In this document: positions 14,750-29,068 of the stretch, one piece after another | Layout of the letters: every line of letters begins with the position of its first letter | How positions within the stretch are numbered: the first letter of the stretch is position 1 | Assembly: GCF_006345805.1 (NCBI RefSeq) | Contig: NC_042999.1 | Location: forward strand, 47,678,001 to 47,742,000 | Reading direction: 5' to 3' | DNA from: Octopus sinensis | Taxonomy: Eukaryota | Length of the DNA: 64,000 bases | Program-made: the position numbers and the translations under genes | Notes under the pieces: model-generated | What the model was told of the DNA's origin: nothing | The model's input: the letters and a program-made list of their open reading frames with translations, nothing else | Databases searched by the model: none

Positions 14750-14905
14750 CATTCTTTATTTTCCCTACGCGTTTTTTTTCTGTGTCCTTTACTGTGGTAG
14801 GTTCGAAATGCTAAATACTTTTTCACTTCCCGAGCAGTATACTAATACATCTGTTTGTTGCCTACACCATCTGTCTTCGTCATTTTTTTTGTGAATTCTC
14901 CCTAT
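14750..14905 (+). repeat. Dispersed TA-abutting repeat (same family as 24082-24250)
   Basis: Shared ...gtaggttcgaaa...actttttcactt.ccgagc...ctaatacatct.tttgttg.ctacacca.ct.tcttcg...attct.cctatata. Confidence 0.7.
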
Positions 14906-14920
14906 ATATATATATATACA

Positions 14921-14962
<42 letters not shown>

Positions 14963-15047
14963 ATATATATATATTAGAAAAAATGAGATAAAACCACGGC
15001 TGTGAGTAGTTTTCAGGACATCTACAAGGGAAAAAGATATAGATATA

Positions 15048-15095
15048 GTCTTACAGCTGTTTCTGGGATATTATGGATATCCCTTCATCAGAGAC
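15048..15095 (-). ncRNA. Minimal type I hammerhead ribozyme, canonical core
   Basis: Reverse complement: gtct CTGATGA a-gggatat ccata atatccc-a GAAA cagctg TA agac; 7-bp stem II, palindromic stem III ACAGCTGT. Confidence 0.85.
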
Positions 15096-15383
15096 GATAT
15101 GAGATGGTTAAATAGAGATAAACATTTCGGTTCAAAATAAGGAGCAACACAGAATCAGTAGCTCAATGAACTACTATTGGAACTTAAACACCATGTATAA
15201 TAAACTTTTTCACCACTTCTATACACCACATTCCTCGAATAATGGAACTACAACAACAATATCTTTATATATTTTATATTTTAATTCTACTTTCATTCCC
15301 TCTATTTTCCCTATAACCTCCCTCTCCATAATAATTCGTTATTTCGAACTCAAATATGTGCACCTATTTAACCATCTCACGTC

Positions 15384-15431
15384 GTCTCTGATGAAGGGAT
15401 ATCCATAATATCGCAGAAACAACTGTAGGCT
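15384..15431 (+). ncRNA. Degenerate hammerhead ribozyme (second arm of element B)
   Basis: gtct CTGATGA agggatatccataatatcgca GAAA caactg TA ggct; core intact, all three stems mutated. Confidence 0.6.
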
Positions 15432-15499
15432 ATATCTATATCTTTTTCCTTATAAATGTCCTGAAAAATACACACGGCCCTGGCTTTGTTATCTCATCT

Positions 15500-15531
<32 letters not shown>

Positions 15532-16789
15532 ATATATTATATATATATATATATGTATGTATGTATTATTATTCATATGTATACACATATATAGACTTAT
15601 ATGAATATATATATGTACACATATATGTATGAACATATGTACATGCAATTATATGTATGTATACATATGTGTGTGCATTGGGCTTTACTAAAATGTATTT
15701 ATCACATTTCTTTGATAATTTTTTGAATGTTAACTGTTGTACGCCAGTTACGGTCAGTCATATACAAAGCATTAATAGGTTCAATATCCAACTCGCTATT
15801 TTTGCTTCTATTGTCATTATTAGTATGAACAGCATCGCATACAAAATATGCATACAGAACCACATATCTCTATGTTCCAAATTTAGATGCTTTAGAAGCA
15901 TTTCAGTGCGCATTTTCAAATCAAGCAGATAAGCCATAAAGGTCACTCTATATTTCATTTTCATTTCCGTAGCAATTATTTCACTATTTACTAAAATGAT
16001 ACATTATATTCCATCTCGTATCATCTCTTAAAATATCATACATTCAACTATTAACTCTGATGTATATAAGATGCATCTATAAACAAAGAAGCAAGATGTG
16101 GAATATCTTATTGCATTCGTTTTTGTAGGATAGCCTATTTAGACGTTTGCTAAATCATGTAGATATAATACCTCTTCTATAGATCAGGAAAAATGACCTA
16201 TGATTGACTACTCACTAAAGAGAAAATAAATCAGAGAAGAAAAAAAAAAGCATAATAACCAGTGCTAAATATTGCACCAATTCTAGCTATATTTGTTTCA
16301 GATGAAAGTAATTTTCAAATTAAAATTTGCCTTGAGTCACGTTTATCGAAATGCAAATCAGGTGCCCCCTGAGAATTAATTTTAAATTGTTCCCACACAT
16401 TATTCGTTAGTTCTAGACTAAGTAGATTTAAAACAAAATGAGCTAATTTCGCGCTTGAACTGCTGTAAAACATTATTGACAGTGGCTGAAAATAGGACAA
16501 GACGTTTGAATAGCATATAGGGAAAAGATATAAATTTGACGTATGAATCCTATTTAAAGATACACTGAAGCTTTCACTCACATCAAAATTTTTTTTTTCA
16601 GATTCCTTTTAATATTCCAAATCTAGGTCTTGACAGGTTATCATTTCAACACATATAAGATTGAAAACGTAAGTAACAGACGTAAACTGATTAATTGTAA
16701 ATATACCAGGAAGTGTTATACGCAATTCTGACATAGTTTTCGTGTCTGCACTTTAAAGGTTTCCGTGCTGTATCATAGTATCTATTTCG

Positions 16790-17680
16790 GATCCTTGTCG
16801 ATTCCTTTACTGTTTATGATTATCTTTTAAAAACTTTCTTAATGTGTCATATAGATGTAAGCTTTGACGCTGAATCCAAATTTGTTATTCACTTATTCTA
16901 GAAAAGTTTACAAAAATATTGCAGGTGTTCAAAATTTGATAATTTTCAAAATTTTCTGCCAATCAGAGAACAGTGCGTGCGCTGCCACTTCAATCAGGAG
17001 AAGTAGGGGGCATCAACATGTCAAAACATTAAACTATCTACAGTAAACAATGAAAAACATGAAAACATTTGCGAGCAAATTAGATATTTAAACGCTATGA
17101 ACAAACCAACAGGAGTCGCTAGAGATAAAAGTCAACACTTTAAAATATACACGAGCAAAGTTAACATTAAAACACTCACGAGCAAATTAAATATTTGAAA
17201 GCTACGGACAAAGCAGCAGGTGGGGCTAGAAATAACAGCCAAAATATCATTTAAAACGAAATTTATTTGTTAAAAATTTAAGAACGAAAGTTTGTAATAC
17301 ACTGTAGTATTTTATATAATATGTTATCTTTCAATTTGTTGAGTGTGAGACCTGTCCGTCTTAAAAACAAAAACATTATAGAACAAGTGGTGGTCAGACT
17401 CCTTGTGTGCATGCGCAGCATGTTTCGTTAGTTTAGAAACATATTTCTTCGCCACGGTGGTGGTCTAAAATATTAGCTTCTGTTTGGTTAAAATGCCTAA
17501 ATTTTGAAATGTTTAAAGGCTAATAACTTTTTTAATTATGGATTTATTGGAAGAATGAATTACATCTTCACAATTAGTATACAAAACTTAATCCATATCC
17601 CAAATTTGAAAACAATTGGAATACAATTTTAAGCCGTGACGAAAACAACAAAGATCCTTTATTTTGGTGGGCCTGTGTAA
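16790..17680. mobile_element. Probable old non-autonomous DNA transposon, unclassified
   Basis: Internal degenerate tandem units at 17060-17240; subterminal-like motifs (gctttgacgctgaatccaaat; aaggctaataactttt; cccaaatttgaaaacaattgg); matching TIRs not found. Confidence 0.3.
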
Positions 17681-18934
17681 ACTGATTCAATTGTATATGT
17701 AAAAGTCTTCAGTTATACAACCCAAAGAAAAAGATAGAAAATTTGACAGCTATTAAGTCCCATTTCTCTTCACCTTCAAAAACATTCTTCAGTTTTAATC
17801 GTGTCTGTCTTCTCTGTATGTTCATGCCTCTGTTAATGTTTAATGTGAAAAAAAAAAGAAAACATTGCTGTTTCTTTTTCGTGTCCCCGTCACTTTCATT
17901 TATTTATTCGTGAAATAGCTTTTCATGAAATAATTAGTGAGACTGACATGATATGAACGACTAAAACGTTACCGACATTAATGTTCCACTAAGACTCCCA
18001 ATCAAATGAGTATGTTTTGAGCTGAGAACAAAGAAGTAGCTACTAAATATCGGTAAATATGTTTGGTTAGTTGCCATATAACTTTTACGTTTTCAGTGAA
18101 TTTCTTGAAATACTTGATGTTTTAATTTTTATATTTTTATTCATATATTTTTTTTTATAAACCATGCACAATCTCTCTGAAATTCTAAAATGAACGCACA
18201 GTATATACTAAAAGTCACAAATATGTTCAACATTAGAGATATCAACTCTAAACACACTTAGAATACAGCTCATTAAATTTTAGAAAATAATTATTCTGAT
18301 TAATTCTTTATGAAGAAGAATGTGGCAAATATCCAATCGGCATGTGTCCGTAGAACACTAGCCTATTGCTATACGAAACATGTAAAATATAATTGAGCGA
18401 TAATTGTATTCCAACTTAGTTATCGGGTAGACACTACAGGTTTGTTGGCACTTCAACAGTAAGTAATATTCACGTGCAGTTTTCTCAACTCTCTTTCGTC
18501 TCTATTTATCCCGATAATTTGTGAAGATGATTGGCATCAAATTATTTTAAAATAAATTGAGTTCTCCAAACAAACAAAAACGAAAAACAAAACGTATAAT
18601 TAAGTATCATTTACAACTGACTAGGCTGCTCACACCTATGTATTAATTCTTACCCAAGATATAACATGTAAGTAATTCTGTATTTATTATTGTTACGAAC
18701 GTAACAATATGTATTAAAAAGTATTCTACCACAATAGCTGGAAAAGTATAATATATAACTAATTTCAATTAAACGTGCGTTTCCCGAATACAGTTCAACC
18801 TGACAACACACTAGTGAATTAAAGATATACAACTATTATATATAATATAGTTGTTACATTTAAGTATTAACCATAAACAACAAATAAACAAGAGATGTAT
18901 ATTTTTATTTGCATACTAATATAACGGTATTCTT

Positions 18935-19128
18935 TTATTCTTTTATACTTTTATTCGTTTCGGTTATTTGACTACAACCATGCTGGAGCACCGCCTTTAG
19001 TCGGGCAAATCGATCCCAGGATATATTTTCTGTAAACCTAGTACTTATTCTATCGGTCTCTGTTGCCGAACCGCTAAGTGACAGGAACGTAAACACACCA
19101 GCATCGGTTGTCAAGCGATGTTGGGGGA

Positions 19129-19175
<47 letters not shown>

Positions 19176-19357
19176 GTATATATATATATATATGTATGCA
19201 TATATACGATGGGCTTCTATCAGTTTCCGTCCAGCAAATCTATTCACAAGGCTTTGGTCGGCCCGCGGCTATAGTAGGAGACACTTGCCTAAAGTACCAA
19301 GTGGTGGAACAGAACACGGAACCATGTGGTTGGTAAGCAAGCTACACAGCCACTCCT
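18935..19357 (-). mobile_element. SINE family 2, full length
   Basis: Reverse complement of head ggagtggctgtg..., internal (CA)n/(TA)n, tail gctccagcatgg...gactgaaac-like. Confidence 0.9.
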
Positions 19358-20657
19358 TATGTTTTCAAAAAATTCGAATTATATTGATATTATTTGGTGT
19401 CTATTTATTTTTTCTCATATAACTAAAACAGCGAGTTGATGGTTATGTCTACTAATTGCGTACATAATATCAGTTAATCGAAAGATTTTAACTCACATTT
19501 TAGAAAAGTAAGAACCCTACCGCTATTAACTTAATAAACCGCTTTATTGCGTGATGTTTACATTTAGTTCCTTCTTGATTATATAGCTACATTGTCACTA
19601 TTCTTTTATTTTTTTCACTTGTCAGCTTGTTAATGAGCCTGTTTTACAAATTCGATGTTCCCATTTAAAAAAGGAAGCTCCAATCATAGTTAATCAGAGA
19701 ACGATGAATGTTTTCTATGTCATAAAATCTCCGATGGACACCTACGCGCTTACAGTTAGTCCGTAATATCATTTTCTTGTTTGATTCTAGCTTTAAATCT
19801 GATGATTCTCACCAGATCTGTACGGTATAGTGAAAGTGTTAGCTGTATATCTAGAAAGTGTTGTGTTGGATCTAGCCGAGAGATCGCGTATGTCTTTTAT
19901 TATATCTCTCCAGCCAAATACTTGACAGAGATTTTGGACAAGTATACTGATCAAAAGCTTTGTGACGATGCCTTTTACTTTTTGGACAGTAGACTCAATC
20001 CATCGTCAGATTTAGCATCGCAACCGAGCGTTAGATGCATTCATCTTAAATTTCCGGTTTGTAGTAAATTCTATCTTCATTTTCACAGTATGTCCTCCTG
20101 TTTAAACAACACAACACTAAATTTTATTTCTTTTCCGTAAACCTCTTGATTTCTAGTATTGTATTCGAATATAATTATATGTGTCACGTCATAAACATAC
20201 TCATCATTTGGCTAAAAATTGTCTTCAAAATATTTTGTCAAATAATCAACGGTAGATCTTTGTAAACTTCATGAACTTTGTAGTTTACAGTTACTTATGA
20301 GATTTGCACCTTTGGTTCATTCAGTTTGAGTACCTACATTTAGGTCAGTGACATACGCCTGAGCAATCACAGATGATTGGATTTGTTGGGAGGAAATACT
20401 GTAAATATGCTTAGGGTTGGCTGTTGAAGGTGCGAAGCACATGGCAAGGTGGAATATTTCGAGCTTCAGAGGGTAAAATCACGAAATTTAGAGAATCCGA
20501 CGCTGTTAAAGATGTGAAAAACAGAGAAATCAACTGGCCAGTGTTACTTTGGACACCGACTATATCAAGAACTGTCGTATGAACTTGTTTTTAAAGAAAA
20601 TAAACACTGATTAATATATTCATTTTTATGAAAAATCATTTTAGAAGAATACTAATA

Positions 20658-21080
20658 TTCTCTCTCTATCCGCTCAGTCGAAATCGACTCTCGGTCATTC
20701 GTTGGATCAGTGTCCTCAAGTCAGTACTATCTTGGGCCGCTTCCTTCAGACTGGCCATGTCCATTCCGGTATCACTCCTGATGGTGTCAAGCCAGCGGGT
20801 TCTTGGTCGGCCTCTTCCTCTCTTGCCACTGACCATTCCGAGCATCATGTCCTTCTCCTGGGATTCTCTCAGCATAATATGACCGAAATATGCCAATCTA
20901 CGTTTGGTGATCCCAGCTTCTAGCGACATTTTTGGCCTTATCTACTTAAGAACTCCTCCATTGGTGAGCCTCGCTGTCCATGGAATCCGCAAAAGTTTTC
21001 TCCAACACCAAAGCTCGAATGCATTAATTCTCTTCTCGTCAGCTTTCTTTAGTGCCCGGGTCTCGCATCCATATGTTGCT
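20658..21080 (-). mobile_element. RTE-clade (BovB-like) LINE 3' fragment
   Basis: ATYGCET..LKKADEKRINAFELWCWRKLLRIPWTAR...RRLAYFGHIMLRESQEKDMMLGMVSGKRGRGRPRTRWLDTI...; ends in a short (GA)n tail. Confidence 0.9.
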
Positions 21081-22347
21081 TATTGGGAAGACAATACGCA
21101 CCAATATTAATATTTATATTAATTAATCGAAATGCTCATAACAATATGAATAGTATTTAAGCACATTTAATTTAGGAAGCTAATTATAGATAATCATACG
21201 GTAACGTAATGTTAGCATTGGGCTAATTTGATACTGGTTCTGTATCTACCGAGAAAGCTACGTGTTCTTAGCATAACATCATCTGCGAAGAGAAGATTTC
21301 AACGTATTCTTAGACACAACTTTAGTAACAATACTAAGCACATTTAAAAGAAAATACCCAGATTTTGTACTTGAAAGATAAAAGCTAATATTATTTGGAA
21401 ATTCACTGAGATATGTCATCCTAATAAAAAAAATACAATATTTTAGGTAGTTATACGATATTGTCAGTGTCATGTAAGTGCAGGTACCATCCAAAATTAC
21501 AGGTATTTTTCGAAACTTTCCATCCGTAGTGATATGTAGCGTGTATTTTGAATTAGTTAATTTTAGTAAATTTGACTTACTGTACTGTTAGTTTGATAAG
21601 AAAAGAGATTGGATGTATGGATCTTTATATGAAAAGTAACCCGATGCGAAAATTGCGATATTGTCAAGAACATATTGGAGACTGGTCTCATTGCCTGAAG
21701 GACGGTGTCTGCAAATTTCACACAATAATATTAATAATAAAACGAATATGTTCCTGCCCGAGTTAAAGATCTTTTATTGAAACATTAGATATAATTCGTT
21801 TCTTCTAACTGCACACACTCTTAAATATTCTATGAACTTGTGTATATGCTTATGTAATGCATATATAACGCTTGGAGTAGAAACAGCTGGATAATTATCA
21901 TATGTTCTAATAATTGGGCAAAATCATAATTCTTAGAAAACTCAGTTTTAAAAATTTCCTTTTATTTATTTATTTATTCTTCATATTCAATATAATTTCA
22001 CAATGGTAGACCACCGCTGAGGTTGGGCAACGTTCTGCAAATCATACAATATATCCTTAATTAGCAACATAATACTGAATGCATAATATAGTTCCATATA
22101 TCCGTTTCTCATTTATCTAAATATTTATGATAGATTTCCCATTTCTTAATATATGTTGATCGATATATATTCAAATTTACAAAGAATTTAGTGTTCATAT
22201 ACAAATTCGTTGCTAGTATAATCCGCTTTTCAAACAGATTCAAATACGCGAATGAGAAAAAAACAAATATTCTAATGCACTGCCAAACACTAAATATATG
22301 ATTGTATGCCTGTGAGTGCACGTGCACGCGAGTGAGTGTGTGTGTGT

Positions 22348-22387
<40 letters not shown>

Positions 22388-22414
22388 TGTGTATTTTTGC
22401 GCGCGTGTATATTA

Positions 22415-22817
22415 CTCTTTTACTTGTTTCAGTCATTTGGCTGTGGCCTTGCTGGAGCACCGCCTTTAGTCGAGCAAATCGACTCCAGGATTTATTCTCT
22501 GTAAGCCTAGTACTTATTCTATCGGTATCTTTTGCCGAACCGCTAAGTTACGGGACGTAAACACGCCAGCATCGGTTGTCAAGCGATGTTGAGGTGGGTG
22601 GGGTGGCAAACACACAGACACACAAACACACACACACACATACATATACATACATATATACGACGGGCTTCTTTCAGTTTCCGTCTACCAAATCAACTCG
22701 CAAGGATTGGTCGGCCCGAGGCTATATTAGAATACACTTGCCGAAGGTGCCACGCAGTGGGACTGAACCCGGAACCATTTGGTTGGTAAGCAAGTTACTT
22801 AGCACACAGCCACTCCA
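22415..22817 (-). mobile_element. SINE family 2, full length
   Basis: Matches the 37750-38165 copy in reverse complement over its whole length. Confidence 0.9.
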
Positions 22818-23379
22818 ACGTTCATATTAGGATATATCGAGAAATAGAAGCATATATAACACTCATCATCGCTACAGAAATGTAGATATCGAATTAAACG
22901 AATACTTTGCTCTAGGTTTATACAGAGATGTTAGTACTATAATATGTATACATAACTGTATATGTGTTGTTCTATGGTCCCTGTGTACAGCGTAATGTAT
23001 ACTATTTAACTTTGGTACGCTTAAACTAACATATACTTAGGAAATCTGATCTTGACTATATTTCAAGAAAATCTATCATATGATGAATTGCTTGTCAAAA
23101 CTGACTCAAATATTAGCAATTTCATGATAGAAGGCGTGATTAAGTTTACAATAAGCCCGCTATAAATTGATAGAATGAATCCTTATAACTTTCTGGAAAT
23201 TACAACGGTCTAGTTAGCTGATATATCATCATTACATTACCGTTGCCATAACAACTGTTATTGTAGATAGGGTTCTTTAGAGAGTTTTAAAAATAAGAAT
23301 TTTGCTGTCTCTTCAATTTCTTATATCAGTGTCATTACTGTCTTATTAAAAAAGCAATAAAATCAATAATAATAACAGC

Positions 23380-23437
23380 AACAAGAATAATAATGATAAG
23401 CACAATACAGCTAGTAGTACTGCTGCTGCTGCTGCTG

Positions 23438-23495
<58 letters not shown>

Positions 23496-23558
23496 CACTA
23501 CTACTACTTCTACTACTACTTCTACTACTACTACTTCTACTACTACTACTACTACTAT

Positions 23559-23591
<33 letters not shown>

Positions 23592-23609
23592 AACTACTAC
23601 TACTAATGA

Positions 23610-23678
<69 letters not shown>

Positions 23679-23700
23679 TTTCAATAATACTGATAATACC
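23380..23700. repeat. Compound trinucleotide microsatellite (CTG)n-(CTA)n-(ATA)n
   Basis: Seen directly; explains the poly-L/V/I ORFs. Confidence 0.95.
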
Positions 23701-23877
23701 GAAAGCAAATATTTAGTAATTACTTAAAACTTAACTCGTAACAGTCACTGCAATTCGATGTCCAGTATAATCTACTGTGAACGGTAATGATTGTACATGT
23801 GAAACATAGGTAAAAGTGGCACAATAAGGTTACTGACATATACACTTCGGGCAAAAACGTAGAATTAAGTTTTTACG

Positions 23878-23914
<37 letters not shown>

Positions 23915-23949
23915 GACACTATAGATCTATCGATCTATCTATTTGCCTG

Positions 23950-24002
<53 letters not shown>

Positions 24003-24081
24003 GTAACTCTCTATCATCTATCTATCTATTTATCTATCTATCTATATGTATGTATGTATAAATGTATGTATTTATTCACAC

Positions 24082-24250
24082 CCATTCCTTATATTCTCTC
24101 CTTGTTTATTTCTGTGTTCCTTTCTGTGAAAGAGCGTAGGTTCGAAACCATAAAGACTTTTTCACTTACCGAGCGTTAGACTAATACATCTCTTTGTTGT
24201 CTACACCACCTCTCTTCGACTTTCGTTTTTTTGTGTATTCTTCCTATATA
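24082..24250 (+). repeat. Dispersed repeat with an HHR-like fold (family of 14750-14905)
   Basis: cttt CTGTGAAA gagc gtag gttc GAAA ccat aaag at 24120-24155; ends at TA repeats. Confidence 0.6.
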
Positions 24251-24393
24251 TTTGATATGTGTGTGTGTGTGTGTGTTGATATAGATATATGTACCTGTAA
24301 GGCAAAGAATGAATGGAACTCTTAAAATACGAACCATGAGCCAATAGTATATATTTCAGTAAGCTTATTCTGCCATTTCTAGCTACTTCTTCA

Positions 24394-24460
24394 CTGTGCC
24401 ATTTTTAATTGTGCCATTTTTACCGCGCCATTTTTACCTGCGCCATTTCCACCTAAATAC
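24394..24460. repeat. Four ~15-bp tandem units (gtgccatttttac-like); possible DNA transposon terminus
   Basis: tgtgccatttttaat tgtgccatttttac cgcgccatttttacc tgcgccatttccacc. Confidence 0.5.
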
Positions 24461-25438
24461 ATAATCTACATCTATAAAATAAAATAAATATGAAACGTCA
24501 TATTCATATATAAAATATTACTTAGCATTCTTCCTAAAATATTCGTCCCCCATTTCCGTAATGTTTCATTCCGAATTAATAAAATATTTCAATCCAAATA
24601 GAAGCAAACATTTATCGATCTGATGTTTTGAAATTTTCTAAATAGGCCAATATCTTATTTGCACTCCGAAGTAATGGAGATAGATATGTGGGCTGAGAGG
24701 CAGTTTCCTCCGCGGAGCCACTGAAGCCAGAGAGCTTAACTATAGTGCTCATATCACACACGTGTCCTTAGCAATATGAGTTTGGTCTGGTGTATTGTGC
24801 TAACAGCCACTACTTGTTAATTTTCTTCGTTATAGAAAACATTGGTAAGAGAATGCAACACAACTCAGTTTCCATAGTTATTCAGAACACACCTAGATTA
24901 ATACAGAGAGGTTTTCGATACTCCTCTACATTACAATCGACATGATTGAAATATGAAGAGGAAATATGTTCTTAACTTAAATCTAGTAATGGACACTTTC
25001 TTATTAATCGCAAAATACCTTAACTAACTTCTAATAAGTACTTGATTTCTGTTTATTTCTAGTTTGAAAATGTGATATGATTCGTGAAGTATACATTTTA
25101 AAAACTTATGAAATTTTCTGAATATTGTTCTGAATTTTTCGAATCCTATGTTGCATGTGTTCTATAAATAATTATATTAAGAAAAATTCCATTAATTTCG
25201 AACTGATCTTTCTGTATAACTAAGTTTGAGACGACAATAATTAAAACTTGTCTAGAGTGGAAAACAAACGCTAACTTTCGGCTATATTTTTGATGATAGA
25301 TAGATACATCAGAATTCAAGTAAAGAAATTGTTTCCAATAACGCAGAAAGAGCGTTCTGGAAAGCGACTTTATAGTCGTCGCAAGAGGTATGGGAAAAAG
25401 GAAATTAACATATAAATAAAATTTCAGAAATTTATCAT

Positions 25439-25801
25439 CAAAGGAGATGATGAAAGAGTGTAAACTATCTACACGTCACGTCATATTCTGAGATTGGTAC
25501 CCTATTAGATTTCGGTTTCGAATATGTAAATTTAAGGGTGATGATATGTGAAGGAGAAGATTTACTCGTTCTTGCCTCGAAACACTCGCCTTAGAAGAGA
25601 GAAATAATGATGTATGATAACAAAGGAAGTGATGAAAGAGTGTAAACTATCTATACGTCACGTCATATACTGAGATTGGTACCCTATTAGATTTCAGTTT
25701 CGAATACGTAAATTTAAGGGTGATGATATATGAAGGAAAAGATTTATTCGTTCTCGCCTCGAAACACTCGCCTTAGAAGAGAGAAATAATGATGTATGAT
25801 A
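25439..25801. repeat. Tandem duplication, 2 x 182 bp
   Basis: Units start at 25439 and 25621 (caaagga..tgatgaaagagtgtaaactatc...aataatgatgtatgata) and differ by few substitutions. Confidence 0.95.
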
Positions 25802-28800
25802 TTATGAAAATGTTACTTGTTTGAAAGACGGGGATATTATTGATTCATTGTATGCAACGCTCTATCAAAATTTGTTACTACTATATTTTTGATACATGAA
25901 ATTAGATGCGGTCTGTTGTTTTGCAGGTGAAGTAAATGGAAGGTGTATGCTGACAAATTGGTTATATTTATACAGTCATTTGGATGCATTAAAGAATCTA
26001 CCAGGCGTAGTATAAATATCATATTTCATAATGATAAGCAGGCAGGATCAACAAGCAGATTTAAGCCACGGTGTGAGTTACAGTTACTCAAAATCCTTAG
26101 TAAAGAAGAATGGCCATATTGAATATTGTTTTTCAATATCAGCAGTAAGCAACCTTAAAGCGAAAAACAGGATGCTCACGAAAGGACCGCCTTTGGATCA
26201 TAGTCTCATTTCAACTGATCTAAACTAGTTGTTGTGGAATTAGTTTATGCATAAAATATTGTCTATCTATACTCAGGACCTTCTTGATACATATGTTGCA
26301 GCCTAATACTAAATACACATTTATACAAATTAAACAAAATATGTACAATTCTTAATTGTATCTGAAACATATATTCATATATACATACATATATATATAT
26401 AAGTGTGTATATGTACAGCAAAAAATAATTTAATACCAATATGTCCAGTCACGACACGGTTTTTGCTAAATATGTGAAATAATGTCTCTACTGATCCCAT
26501 TCATGTTATATTCATCATGTCCTTAACTAACTCCTGTATATATTTTAAAGCTTAGAGTTACTGTTATCATTTCTGTGTTGCCCCTTCTACACATTCTAAT
26601 TTGCATTGCCTTTGAAACAATTATAATCCTAAAAATATGAATGGCATACATTCGCATATCAATGAGAGATAATGGGGTTGTTTTCTTAAAACTTTATAAG
26701 CCGCATCAATATATTTTTCTTCAATGTTATTGAGACATCCTCTTTAGAAAACAAAATTGGGGTTTGGTCAAATAATGGCGATTTCATGAAGGTGATTTCT
26801 TTTACAAGGGACATGATATATTCCAGAATGTAAAAGGAAATGTTTTCTACTCTTCTTTAAAAGCATTACAGTCTATGTATATTCTAGCTTCATTTTAAAT
26901 ATCTTATTGATCAGGAATTTCGTTTTACATTGCATTGTTGCTTTCTAACATTCGAATACATTTATTAAATATATACTTTTGTTCTTAAACTCATACCAAA
27001 TACCTTTAGACCTTACTGTCGACGAAATGCGCATGTATCCACCAAGGACATTGTTATTGTGGAAAGCAATGTCTGTCTATGATCACATATACGAAACTTG
27101 AAATAAGTTATAATTATAGCTAGTCTATCTGCATTCAAGCTTTGTGCACTCCTTGCCACAATGAAGAATGCGCTTGACTTTCAGAAGTTAAATAATTTGA
27201 ATGAAATTTTGGAGATATTTCTATCAAGCCAAGGAGGTGATGTAGGAGAAACGTTTTTGAAATAATTGCAGTGAAATATTTCAAGTCGAAATCGAAATCA
27301 ACTCAAAAGATCAACTTAGTTCCTGCTACTTCAGCATATTGACCAATTTTGTATCAAACATTGTAGACGCTTTTTTAGTTATAGGATAAAGAGTTCTTGA
27401 ATTATTATATAGAGATTGAATGTTGTTTATTCAAACCAATATCAAAGAGATTACGAACTTTGTGAATCTCACTGCATTTTATCCCCTGTACAATTTTGTC
27501 TAATCTTCCATGAATTGAGACGGATTAATAATATATCGTATGATATTAGAATAACAAATACAACTACCACCTGACTATGCACTAGCGACGTTTCAGTGAA
27601 ATAAAACTGCTGTAAGAGTAAGACCAATGAATGGGATGTCTGGGTTGATATTTGATTGCACCTACTTAGATGTATTGTTCTTCTCGTTACAAATATTTGC
27701 CAATCACTAATATAAAACGAATAGAGGTATGTATGATAGCCACATTTTTGATAAGAAATAACGTTTCTAAATAATCTAAAGAAGGTTATGTATGTTTATA
27801 TGATGTGCGTTTGTGCGAGTGGGATAGACTTTGTGTGTATATGTGTGTTGGCCACTGAATATTCATTTCCAATCAAATTATTAACTCAGATCTCATCTCA
27901 CACTTGAGAAACACTATATGTCCTGCTTGAAATGCAAACGCTTTTAGCTGGAATAAATCAAGTTACATAACTAAATTTAAAATAATTTTAACAATTATTG
28001 TTACATTGCAGAATAAAAACTATGATGCATGAAAATGCACACTGTTAGGAAAATATTTAGCATCACTGACCAAATAGATGTAGACATATGTAATATATAT
28101 ATTTATGGCAACTAAAGATTTAAATCATTTCGATATTGAAAATGATTGATGATGGTAAAGTAAACAATTGAAATTTAATAAATTTTCAACCGGTGTGAGA
28201 TGTGTTGCTTCTTTGTATAGGTCAGAGGATTCCAATATAAAAATACTGAAACTGCATCTAAGAAATATTAGTTCTTTTGTTCCTCGATTTTTAAATAGCT
28301 TTTTCTTACAATACGTTATTTATCACAATGTTAAGCACAAACTCTATCATAGATTTACATCTTGAAAAACATTTCATAACATAGAGACCGTTATAAATGT
28401 TCAGTTACTAGTTTTACCCAATGCATTTCAATATCGACCACAAGATGGCGCAGGAGTATGAAGGTCTCATTTTCAATAACGTTTGTCGTCATTATCTGCA
28501 TTAATAAATAAAATTAGTATATTGAATGTGTAAGCTGTTGAATGATTAAAGGTACCACACATATTTTAAATCAACATTTGCACAGTTATGTATTATCAAA
28601 GCATTTACATAAAACTCAAGTGGTCTCGTATATGCCATGTGTTATGCTAATTGTTACATGAGGTGTGACAACTTAAGTCACCCTATTGCCTTCTGCTATA
28701 TATAATATGGTCACAGTAAGACGGAAATAAGCCAGAGTTGGTCCTTATGTGCAGAAATAACTTAAATATTGAGAAAAGGACTCTTGCCACTTTCTTCTCA

Positions 28801-28997
28801 CAATATTTCTTTTTTAATTTCATGAAAAAAAAGAACTTCTGAGTAACGGCGTAATAAAACGTTGATTTCTGAATGCTGTCCAATGCTGTTAAGCAGATGT
28901 TCTGCATTTACAGTGAAAGTGTTTGTAAATAGTCTTATAAAGTCATTGCTGAATTTTAATGCGTTAATATGTGTGTATATGTGTGTATGTGTGTGTA

Positions 28998-29068
<71 letters not shown>

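Larger units (their letters stand above)
14975..15500. mobile_element. HHR foldback element B (Penelope-pLTR-like inverted repeat)
   Basis: Arms ~14983-15142 and ~15335-15498, roughly 85% identical by eye; ~190-bp spacer; (TA)n on both sides; one HHR per arm. Confidence 0.8.

Noticed and set aside
25447-25495. C/D box snoRNA-like ATGATGA...CTGA
   Set aside because: Only ~45 nt, no terminal stem and no identifiable guide.
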